64,000 nt of DNA, taken from Candidatus Krumholzibacteriia bacterium. GTDB taxonomy: Bacteria; Krumholzibacteriota; Krumholzibacteriia; WVZY01. How positions within the stretch are numbered: position 1 is the stretch's first letter; every line of letters begins with the position of its first letter. Under the pieces are notes generated by a model. That model had not been told where the DNA came from. It saw nothing but the letters and a program-made list of their open reading frames with translations, and searched no databases. Location of the stretch: assembly GCA_046754105.1 (NCBI GenBank), contig JBHHVD010000005.1, positions 933 to 64,932 of the forward strand, in the 5' to 3' direction. The position numbers and the translations under genes were made by a program. Positions 57,101-64,000 of the stretch are shown in pieces.

Positions 57101-57390
57101 ATCTCCGACATACCCGCTTTGGACACGGAGCGCAGGTGGCGCAGGCCCGCGATAACGCCCACCGCTTCTTCCAGCGGCCGGGTCACGAAGCTCTCTACTT
57201 CTTGCGGCGCAGCGTCCGGGTACTCGGTCTGGACGGTAAGCGTTGGGTAGGAGATCTCTGGAAGGAGTTTGACGTCGAGGCGGCCCAAGGACACCAGCCC
57301 GAAGACTACCGCCGCGACGAAGATCATGGTAATGGTAACGGGCCGCCCGATCGAAAAGCCTATGATTTTCACAGCGTCCCTTCTCGACAC
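54178..57390 (-). CDS. RND-family efflux permease (first of tandem pair, MdtB-like position)
   Basis: 1070 aa; motif GVGMLVDNSIVVLESI. Confidence 0.9.
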   Translation of the reverse strand: MSRRDAVKIIGFSIGRPVTITMIFVAAVVFGLVSLGRLDVKLLPEISYPTLTVQTEYPDAAPQEVESFVTRPLEEAVGVIAGLRHLRSVSKAGMSEITLEFSWDTEMDYAALDVREKVDLIELPREAEQPVLLRYDPSLDPVMRLGIFGGENLVRLRYIADRTVKKELESLDGIASAKVLGGLEEEIQVILDEKKLASYGIPISTVSNRLLQDNINQSGGKLRDRGSEFLLRTENEFRDIDDIGNTIVSQQDGRRIVLGDLGSITRGYREREVITRINGKEAVEVAIYKEGDANTVEVAGRIRRRVAEVERELTEGVQMQVLFDQSRFIKTSINEVLYNALLGALLAVTVLYLFLRDLRSTMIIGLSIPISILTTFVLMRQLGVSLNLMSLGGLALGVGMLVDNSIVVLESISRYKEQGLDRKEATFKGASSVGMAVIASTLTSVAVFLPIVFVEGIAGQVFRDQALTVSISLLASLIVSLMLIPMISSVQGRTSPSAEALFGRQDATPKQRRWFTRKVAGAWGFSTTSVPVAGLRLLSVVGRFLRAVFGVALRPFLALFSMAFAAFESRYAPALGWVLRRRGAFLFAMILLFGASVWAAGFLGAELIPQFSQGEFSFNVHLPEGSPLEATDAKLADMEAIAEGTPGIESYFASVGAATRLGSNAKNKDKNLGQLNVVLTDKGNPELEERIVQSLRRQFAGIEGMDSKFARPAYFTLQTPVEVDVYGYNLETLRRVAAQFERELAKIPGVKDMRMSMESGNPELNVVFDRDRLSSLGLSLDDVANQLKTKIQGEVPTRFKEREIQVDIRVRTTAKDAEHLGELRSLVVGEREGTPIALGTVADLDVARGLSQITRISQQRAAVVSGNLSGRDLASVSTDIEALIGQITLPPGITVEQGGQNEELARSFRSLLFALLLAIFLVYLVMAAQFESFIHPFIILFTVPLGAIGVIWTLLATGQSLNVVVFIGAIMLAGIVVNNGIVLIDYINRLRRSGKEKLDALREAGRVRLRPIIMTTLTTVLGLLPMALGLGEGAEIRAPMALTVIGGLLGATVLTLLVIPALYSLVDRGK

Positions 57391-57515
57391 CCACTCGGCG
57401 AGCGGGCAGTTTGTCCGGTGATTTCTTTTATTGCGACGCTCGAAGGCCTCGGCGATTGCGGCGCGGTGCTTTGCACCGCCGGCCGAGCGCTACGCCGCCG
57501 TAGACCGGCGTAGGA

Positions 57516-58718
57516 TCAGTTTGACGCCGGCTGGACTTCCATCTCGTCGTCCTGCCGTGAAAGCGTGTCCTGCATGTTAGGGTCCAGGATCTTTATCTTG
57601 GTCCCGGTACGAAGGCCGCCGATTCCGACGACAACGACGCTGTCTCCCCCGGCGACACCGTGGAGAACTTCCGCGTAGTCCTCATCCTGAAAACCGACCT
57701 TGATCGGCGCCTTGCGCACCGTGTCCGCCTCGGCGACGTAGACGTAGAGCTCGCCGGCATCCGAGACAAGCCCACGACGCGGGATGGTCAGAGAACCCCG
57801 CCGCGTGTCGGTTACGATCTTAATGCGGGCGAAGCTCCCCGGCATCGCCCTGCCCCGGGTCTCGGCGGTGACCTTGACGGTACCGGTGCGGTCGTCGACC
57901 TCGGGAGCGATACGGATGATCGTTCCTTCCAGGGTCCGATCCGGATCGTTATCGGGCTGTATGGTTACCGCCTGCCCGATCCGGATATCACGAATTTCGT
58001 TCTCCGGCAGATACATGCGGATGAGGAGCGGGTCGGGGTCGACCACCTCGAACATCTCGGTGCCGACACCGAGGTTCTGGCCGGGCTCGATGAACCGCTT
58101 CGTGATGACCCCGTCGAACGGTGCCCTGACCTTTGTGTACTCGTATTTCAGCTCCGCCGCCGAAAACTTGTTCTCGGCCAGCTGGTACTGGTACTGGCGG
58201 TCGGCGAATTCCGTATCGCTTATCAGCTTCTCATCGTGCATCGTCTTTAGCCGGTCGTATTCTCTCCGCTGCTGGTCCCGGTTGATACGGGCCTCGTCGA
58301 GTGTGATCCTGAGCTCGTCGTCCTCTATCTGGCACAGCATGGCACCCCGGGGAACTCTGGCGCCTTCTTCCACGAACAGCGTCCTCACCTCGCCGGTGAT
58401 CTTGGCCAGGACCTTCACCTTTCTCTCGGGCTCGAGCGTCGCCGTCGTGTAGTAAAAAGACGATATCCGGCGGGGCTTCACCGTGGCCACCTCGACCGGA
58501 ACCGGGTCCGGTTCCTTTTTCTTGTCCTTGTCGTCCTTGTCCTTCCCGGTATCACCGTCCGTCGTATCGCCGCTGGCCACGGCCGTGCTGTCGGCGGTGC
58601 TGTCCGCGGACTCCGCCACTCCCTGGCGCAGCGAGGCCACCGTGAAGTAACCACCTACCAGAACTACAATTACGATGAATATGATAATCCCCGCGGTCTT
58701 CTTCCTGGAGCGTGCCAT
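57516..58718 (-). CDS. efflux RND periplasmic adaptor (membrane fusion protein, HlyD family)
   Basis: N-terminal TM anchor, a coiled-coil hairpin (RINRDQQRREYDRLK...) and lipoyl/beta-barrel motifs (VRAPFDGVIT). Confidence 0.85.
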   Translation of the reverse strand: MARSRKKTAGIIIFIVIVVLVGGYFTVASLRQGVAESADSTADSTAVASGDTTDGDTGKDKDDKDKKKEPDPVPVEVATVKPRRISSFYYTTATLEPERKVKVLAKITGEVRTLFVEEGARVPRGAMLCQIEDDELRITLDEARINRDQQRREYDRLKTMHDEKLISDTEFADRQYQYQLAENKFSAAELKYEYTKVRAPFDGVITKRFIEPGQNLGVGTEMFEVVDPDPLLIRMYLPENEIRDIRIGQAVTIQPDNDPDRTLEGTIIRIAPEVDDRTGTVKVTAETRGRAMPGSFARIKIVTDTRRGSLTIPRRGLVSDAGELYVYVAEADTVRKAPIKVGFQDEDYAEVLHGVAGGDSVVVVGIGGLRTGTKIKILDPNMQDTLSRQDDEMEVQPASN

Positions 58719-58936
58719 GTGTTCTCCCTCTGGAACCGGAATTGGGTTGGGTGTCGTAGTTAATACGACGCAGGCGGGATAAAAGTTTCAGCGTCCCGGG
58801 GGGCTCAATATGCCTAACTATAAGCGGTTCCGGGACGAGCACAAGCGCATTATTCCCAAGAGTTTTCGCGGGGGCCGGGAATTGATTGCGGTTCGACGAC
58901 GGTACCGTGTATTTTAGACCAAGGAGACAGATCGTC

Positions 58937-59734
58937 ATGCGCTACCACTACCGACAAGAGCGTCGCCCCTCCTGGGGCGACTATTTCGCCAACCGCATCG
59001 TCACCAAGATCATCGCGGCCAATGTGGTTGTGTTCTTCCTCGAATACATATTCGGGGCGGGTTTCATCCGCCTGTTCGCCCTGACCCCCCGCCTCGTCGT
59101 GCAGGAACTCCACTTTTGGCAGCCCCTGACCTACATGTTCCTGCATGCGGGATTCATGCATCTCTTCTTCAACATGCTCATGACGTTCTTCCTGGGCAAC
59201 GCCCTGGAATCGGTCTGGGGCAGCCAGAGGTTTCTGAAGTATTACATGACCTGTGGTCTCGGCGGGGCTCTCTTCAGCATCGTATTCACCTACAACAACG
59301 CCGTGATCGGGGCCAGCGGGGCCGTCTTCGGTCTCTACCTCGCCTACGCCATCATGTTTCCGAACAGCTACGTGTACCTGTATTTCCTGTTCCCCATAAA
59401 GGCGAAATATCTGGTCACGTTTCTGGCGATATTTCAACTCGCCCAGGGTCTTTCGGGGCCATCCGGTATCGCTTACTTTGCACATCTTGGCGGTATGGCG
59501 GCGGGGCTGCTTTATTTCCGGCGTGAGATCCTGAACACGCGCGTTTCTCACCGCGCCCGCCGCTGGTTCGGCAGCCGGCAGCAGGGCAGGCGACAGCAGT
59601 TTGAATCGCAGGAGGGGGTCAAGATCGATTCCATCCTGGACAAGATCGCCACGAAAGGTTACGAGAACCTGAGCACGACAGAGAAGCGTATCCTGGAAAA
59701 CTACAGCCGAAAGCAAAAGGAAGACTCCGAATAA
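58937..59734 (+). CDS. rhomboid-family intramembrane serine protease
   Basis: GASGAVFGL catalytic Ser, AHLGGM catalytic His and HAGFMHLFFNM. AAGGAG upstream of the ATG at 58937. Confidence 0.85.
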   Translation: MRYHYRQERRPSWGDYFANRIVTKIIAANVVVFFLEYIFGAGFIRLFALTPRLVVQELHFWQPLTYMFLHAGFMHLFFNMLMTFFLGNALESVWGSQRFLKYYMTCGLGGALFSIVFTYNNAVIGASGAVFGLYLAYAIMFPNSYVYLYFLFPIKAKYLVTFLAIFQLAQGLSGPSGIAYFAHLGGMAAGLLYFRREILNTRVSHRARRWFGSRQQGRRQQFESQEGVKIDSILDKIATKGYENLSTTEKRILENYSRKQKEDSE

Positions 59735-59811
59735 ACCACGATCCCTCCCCAGCTGCGCCATCGGGGTCCTATCGGGAGGTATGGGACCTCGCCTACCCCG
59801 CCATTATCACA

Positions 59812-61116
59812 ATGGTTTCGCAGACGGTCATGTGGACGGTGGATTCCGCCATGGTCGGTCACGTGGGCAAGACCGAGCTCGCAGCCGTCGGCCTGGGCGG
59901 GTTGATGGTGTTCACGCTGTACTCGTTCTTCATCGGGCTCAGCTACAGCATCAACACCTACGTCTCCCAGAGTTTCGGCGCGAGGAACTATGCCGATTGC
60001 GCGCGCTACATGTGGCAGGGCCTGTACCTGGCAATCGCCTCCGGCGCGGTCATCCTCGCCATTCGCCACTTCAACGCCTGGACCGTCGATGCGCTGGGGC
60101 CGGACGCGGCCGTTCGACCCCTGTGCCTTTCGTACACCAACATCCGCATGCTGAGCGGGCCGTTCTTTATCCTCCACTACTACTATTCCAACTTCTTCCG
60201 CGGAATCGGCAACACGCGCACGCCGATGAAGGTCGCCATCGTCGCCAACCTGACGAACATTGTCATCGACTATTTTTTGATCTTTGGCAAGGGCCCCTTC
60301 CCCGCCATGGGAGTAGAGGGTGCGGCATGGGCCACCTTTATCGCGAACATGCTGTCCGCGGCGGTTCTTTGTGTGATCTCGTTCTCGCCCTCGTACCGGC
60401 ACCGGTTCCAGACCCACCGCCAGTGGCGATTCCGCATCGACCGCATCACGAGGCTGCTGAGGATCGGCACCCCGATCGGTATGCACTACCTCCTGGATAT
60501 CGGCAGCTTTCTGGCCTTCTCCGCCTACGTGGGCCGGATGGGTACGGAGGCGCTGGCGGCGAACCAGATCATCATCCAGATTCTCGCGTTATCGTTCATG
60601 CCGTGCAACGGGTTCTCCGTGGCGGCGACGACGCTGATGGGCCAGTACATCGGCGCCGGCGACGCCGGAGGGGCCAAGAAATCCGGTTACAGGGCGGTCC
60701 ACCTGGGGCTGCTTCTGACCGGTTTCGTCGCGCTGTGCTACGTTTCGTTCCCGGAGTTTCTCATCCGGCTGTTCAACGACGACCCGACGGTCGTTTTCTA
60801 CGGAAAGCGTATCATCCTGCTCGCCGCCGTCTTCCAGCTCTTCGACGGCGTACAAATCGTCGCCAGCGGGGCGCTGCGTGGCGCGGGCGACACCAAGGTC
60901 CCCATGTTGCTCGCGCTCGGAGGTGGTTGGTTTCTCTTCCTGCCGCTCGCCTACGTCTTCGGGACGCTGCTCCACGGCGGTGTCGCCGGCGCGTGGACCG
61001 GTGCCACGATTTACATCCTGTTTCTTGGCTCGGGAATGTTTCTGAGGCTGAAGACGGATCGTTGGAAGCGAATCAAACTGGCCGGTGTGCGGGGCGGCAG
61101 AGGCGGGAGTGCCTAG
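59812..61116 (+). CDS. MATE-family efflux transporter (N-terminus unresolved)
   Basis: 12-TM MATE pattern. The conserved N-terminal motif EVWDLAYPAII continues in frame upstream of the first ATG with no canonical start codon (see findings). Confidence 0.8.
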   Translation: MVSQTVMWTVDSAMVGHVGKTELAAVGLGGLMVFTLYSFFIGLSYSINTYVSQSFGARNYADCARYMWQGLYLAIASGAVILAIRHFNAWTVDALGPDAAVRPLCLSYTNIRMLSGPFFILHYYYSNFFRGIGNTRTPMKVAIVANLTNIVIDYFLIFGKGPFPAMGVEGAAWATFIANMLSAAVLCVISFSPSYRHRFQTHRQWRFRIDRITRLLRIGTPIGMHYLLDIGSFLAFSAYVGRMGTEALAANQIIIQILALSFMPCNGFSVAATTLMGQYIGAGDAGGAKKSGYRAVHLGLLLTGFVALCYVSFPEFLIRLFNDDPTVVFYGKRIILLAAVFQLFDGVQIVASGALRGAGDTKVPMLLALGGGWFLFLPLAYVFGTLLHGGVAGAWTGATIYILFLGSGMFLRLKTDRWKRIKLAGVRGGRGGSA

Positions 61117-61631
61117 CGGGCCTCCGTGACCAGGGCGTCGCCCGAGAGGGCCGCATCGACGGCACGGGTCTCATCGTCACTTAGCTGCCGGTGTGGTTCG
61201 CCGTCCCGCATGGTCACGGCGTAGCCGCGGGTCGACCCTTTGCTCGTGAGATAGGTAAGCACCACGCCGTTCTTACGGCTGTCCAGGAGACACATCGAGT
61301 AGCTTTGCTGCCCGGCGATATCGCCGAACGCGTCATAGCGGACCAGGCCCACGTGACGCACAAAAAATCGACTCTCCGCCAGGTGCGCGGCCAGCTCGGT
61401 CGCCAGATCCTCGACCCTGGACTCGTTTTTTTCCACGAGGGCGAGGACGGCCGGCAGCACGTGCGCCGGATCGTCCGTTTCGGCCCGTACCCTGGCGAAC
61501 GGACGGAGCAGCGAGCGCATTCTGACCAGCAGCGCCACGGCTGCCACGGCTGCGACCGAGCCGAGCAGCAGCGCGGCCAGGAGATACGGCCCACTATGCG
61601 ACGAAAGATAGCTGAAAATGTCTTGCGACAA
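61113..61631 (-). CDS. DUF4446-family protein
   Basis: N-terminal TM segment, then VGLVRYDAFGDIAGQQSYSMCLLDSRKNGVVLT, typical of DUF4446. Confidence 0.65.
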   Translation of the reverse strand: MSQDIFSYLSSHSGPYLLAALLLGSVAAVAAVALLVRMRSLLRPFARVRAETDDPAHVLPAVLALVEKNESRVEDLATELAAHLAESRFFVRHVGLVRYDAFGDIAGQQSYSMCLLDSRKNGVVLTYLTSKGSTRGYAVTMRDGEPHRQLSDDETRAVDAALSGDALVTEAR

Positions 61632-61762
61632 CCGTCATGCCCCCATTGGCTGAGTTCCGGCAGGATTCTGGCATCCTATCCCGCCCGGCCCGAAATTGCA
61701 AACACGAAAATGCGGTGCCCTTTGTACGACGGGGCGCCGATAACGACCGGGGTCCGCACCGG

Positions 61763-63247
61763 TCAATACTTGACGCGGACCGTGTAGGTCAGTTCGCTCG
61801 CGCCCCTGGCGGGCACGGGTACGTCGAAACGAATGCGGTTCGAGGATTCCTTCTCGTAGTCGTGGGACTTCTCCACGACCTCCCAGTCGCTGGGGATGAC
61901 CTCGACGACGGACACCGTGATCGGCTCGTCCTTGTGATTGCGCAGCTCGACCTTGTAGGAAGACTCATACAGGTGCCCGCTTTGCAGTATTTTGAAACGG
62001 GTCTGCACGCGCTCGCCGACGATGTCGAAGGCGTCACCCATCTTGACCCGTACGGTCTCATCCTCGGGGGTGTGATCGATGCGATCCTCGCCAATGAACT
62101 GCAGGGCCTCTTCGTGGTCCCGCTTGTACACCCTCACCACACCCTTCGGCAGGGGCATTCCCAGGTTGTTCTCTTTCGAGTTGTCGAACGATAGAAACAC
62201 ACCGACCTTGGTGTCCTTGTCGGGCCCCGACATCGCGGCATACCAGTACGGAACACCGGTCCGGTACACGTACCTCTTCTCGACCGAGGCGTTTTCCGCG
62301 TTCAGCAGGCTGATTTGCTTCGTCTGGTTGTTCTTGATCGTACTCTTGCGCTGCAGTGTGTAGAGGTGATACTCGAAGAACGCGCGCTCGGCGAATTGCT
62401 CCTCGGCCGCCAGCCGTCCTCCCCGGGCGTGCTTGGCCATGGCGTACACGTCCAGCTCGGAACCCGCGCGGTTCACATCGCCTGCCACGAGTTTGATCGA
62501 CGCATCCGTGTAAGTCGTTCCGCTCTGGTTGTTGATCGTGACCCATCCGGAGAGGTCCAGCTTGTCGTCAGCCTTGGAGAGTACCAGGACGTAGTTGGAC
62601 TTCCAATTGATGCCCGAGGTGAGATAACTCGCCTCGATTTCGTGCTCTCGGCGGTCGTTGTCCAGCATCCACACCAGCGTCGGCTTCGAAATCAATCCTT
62701 CGGGGAGCTCGGGCAGGACGGCACGCCCGGACGGGTTGATGGCGATCTTGCCGTTCATTTCATACACGTACCCTCCCTGGTTTCCGATCAGCCGCGCGGG
62801 CACGGTGATTTCTTCACCGTTTCTCCACATGACGAGTTCCAGGTCGCGGCCCAGGTATTTCTCCATGAGTTTCGCCGGGCTGATGAGATCAAATTCGAAG
62901 TTCTGTTCGAGAACGGAGAGATGGCCGGGGTGATCCAGGGACCGAATATGGACACTCGTGGGATCGATCTGCGCCGCTACCCCCTGGAACTTGAGGTCGA
63001 GCACACCCCGCGCCAACCGGAGGTTTCTCACGTCCTTGACCAGTCCGAGGTTGCTGTTGTAGATGGTAATGCTGATCGATTTCTGGTCGCCGAGCGTACT
63101 CCTTTGCTCCCGGCCCTGGGGCGCGGCCACCGCCAACCCTCCCCACAGGGCGATCGACGCGATCACCGCCGCCATGCAGGCGCGGAGACGAATCGTTGAC
63201 TCGGCGCAGAACTCGACGCTCGATGACACACTGCTTGGGGCAAACAT
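61763..63247 (-). CDS. DUF4139-domain protein
   Basis: Signal peptide. ITIYNSNLGLVKDVR...IDPTSVHI N-terminal (DUF4140-like) and long C-terminal DUF4139-like beta-rich region. Confidence 0.65.
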   Translation of the reverse strand: MFAPSSVSSSVEFCAESTIRLRACMAAVIASIALWGGLAVAAPQGREQRSTLGDQKSISITIYNSNLGLVKDVRNLRLARGVLDLKFQGVAAQIDPTSVHIRSLDHPGHLSVLEQNFEFDLISPAKLMEKYLGRDLELVMWRNGEEITVPARLIGNQGGYVYEMNGKIAINPSGRAVLPELPEGLISKPTLVWMLDNDRREHEIEASYLTSGINWKSNYVLVLSKADDKLDLSGWVTINNQSGTTYTDASIKLVAGDVNRAGSELDVYAMAKHARGGRLAAEEQFAERAFFEYHLYTLQRKSTIKNNQTKQISLLNAENASVEKRYVYRTGVPYWYAAMSGPDKDTKVGVFLSFDNSKENNLGMPLPKGVVRVYKRDHEEALQFIGEDRIDHTPEDETVRVKMGDAFDIVGERVQTRFKILQSGHLYESSYKVELRNHKDEPITVSVVEVIPSDWEVVEKSHDYEKESSNRIRFDVPVPARGASELTYTVRVKY

Positions 63248-63438
63248 GATTCACCACCTTGAAAAACCGAAACGGCCGCTCGGAAAGGGCCGGCGGCGAC
63301 GACTATGCGTACAATATCTTATACAGGTATGCAAATCGTTGATTCCCGGATGGTTCGAGGTATGAAGGGGTTTGAGCGCCGGAGCAGCGCCTGCAGGCGG
63401 CCGGACGTCGGCGCACTACCGTGCCCCGAACGGGGATA

Positions 63439-63525
63439 TGGTGCCGAGGGCGGGACTCGAACCCGCACAGACTTTCGTCTACTGCCCCCTCAAGACAGCG
63501 TGTCTACCAGTTTCACCACCTCGGC
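63439..63525 (-). tRNA. tRNA-Leu (anticodon GAG), CCA encoded
   Basis: Hand-folded: acceptor GCCGAGG/CCTCGGC, anticodon stem CTGTC/GGCAG with loop TTGAGGG, a long variable arm, T-arm GCGGGTTCGAGTCCCGC, and a 3' ACCA. Confidence 0.9.
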
Positions 63526-63538
63526 GAGGTCCCTGGGG

Positions 63539-63913
63539 TTACTGCTGCCGGGTCGTATCGGCGGGAATGCTGTCCAGCGCCGACGCTCCCAGTATGTCGT
63601 CGATGTTCTCCCCGCTCGGGATGACGTTACCCTGCTGCTCGAGGGAACGCTGCAAGGCGCTCTCCGGCCGTCGCGTCGTGCGGTTCGACGTGAGAAACGC
63701 GAGCAGCAGGGAAAGCACCATGAACGTGACGGCGAGATACGTCGTGGCCTTGCTGAGAAACGTGGCTGTTTCGTGTCCACCGAAGACCGTCTGATCGCCG
63801 CCACCACCAAAGGCTCCGGCCAGACCACCGCCCTTGCTCGATTGCATCAACACCACAACGATCAACACGACGCAGACGACTACGTGAATGGTCAATACGA
63901 GATTATAAATCAA
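63539..63913 (-). CDS. secG: preprotein translocase subunit SecG
   Basis: MIYNLVLTIHVVVCVVLIVVVLMQSSKGGGLAGAFGGG: two TM helices with a Gly-rich loop. Confidence 0.85.
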   Translation of the reverse strand: MIYNLVLTIHVVVCVVLIVVVLMQSSKGGGLAGAFGGGGDQTVFGGHETATFLSKATTYLAVTFMVLSLLLAFLTSNRTTRRPESALQRSLEQQGNVIPSGENIDDILGASALDSIPADTTRQQ

Positions 63914-64000
63914 CTGCGTTTCCTTTCCATGCGGGCTAGCCTACCAGAGGGCCCTTCCGAAGTCAAGGCGCCGCCTATATGTAACCCACTGTAATATAAT

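Noticed and set aside
1-64000. Searched for mobile elements, integrases, CRISPR arrays, rRNA, and known defence genes (restriction-modification systems, reverse transcriptases, and complete CBASS-type operons)
   Set aside because: None is recognisable by eye. The only defence-flavoured gene is the patatin lipase, which is discussed in the findings.

Overview
The window is GC-rich and densely coding. It looks like core chromosome from a diderm (Gram-negative-type) bacterium, and most genes are on the minus strand. I support about 58 protein genes, one tRNA, several intrinsic terminators and two sigma70-like promoters. I found no rRNA, CRISPR array, transposase, integrase or prophage gene.

Recognisable modules:
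- A complete Tol-Pal cluster (tolQ-tolR-tolA-like-tolB-pal-ybgF).
- Two RND efflux loci with complementary parts: tetR + outer-membrane factor + RND, and adaptor + RND + RND.
- A MerR / thioredoxin-like / HMA-domain metal operon.
- An ECF sigma / anti-sigma / YbjQ operon.
- CutA + ZIP.
- A peptide ABC importer (binding protein + two permeases).
- Two tandem CNNM/CorC genes.
- A DUF1611 + enolase-superfamily pair.
- secG followed by tRNA-Leu(GAG).
- Several secreted zinc peptidases (DUF885, M49-like, M2/M3-like).

Things worth a second look:
1. An exported DUF4384-like protein with an extreme Tyr/Gly-rich segment and a roughly 180-residue polybasic tail.
2. A neighbouring Cys-repeat protein encoded partly by a 39-bp tandem repeat.
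3. A tightly packed patatin / DUF62 SAM-hydroxide-adenosyltransferase / RtcB operon.
4. A frame-disrupted thioredoxin-like gene inside the MerR operon.
5. An orphan plus-strand unit (promoter, long leader, 54-codon ORF, hairpin) in an otherwise unexplained 1-kb gap.

I cannot show from sequence alone that any of these is a new system; they are hypotheses. All protein-family calls come from motif recognition by eye, not from database searches.
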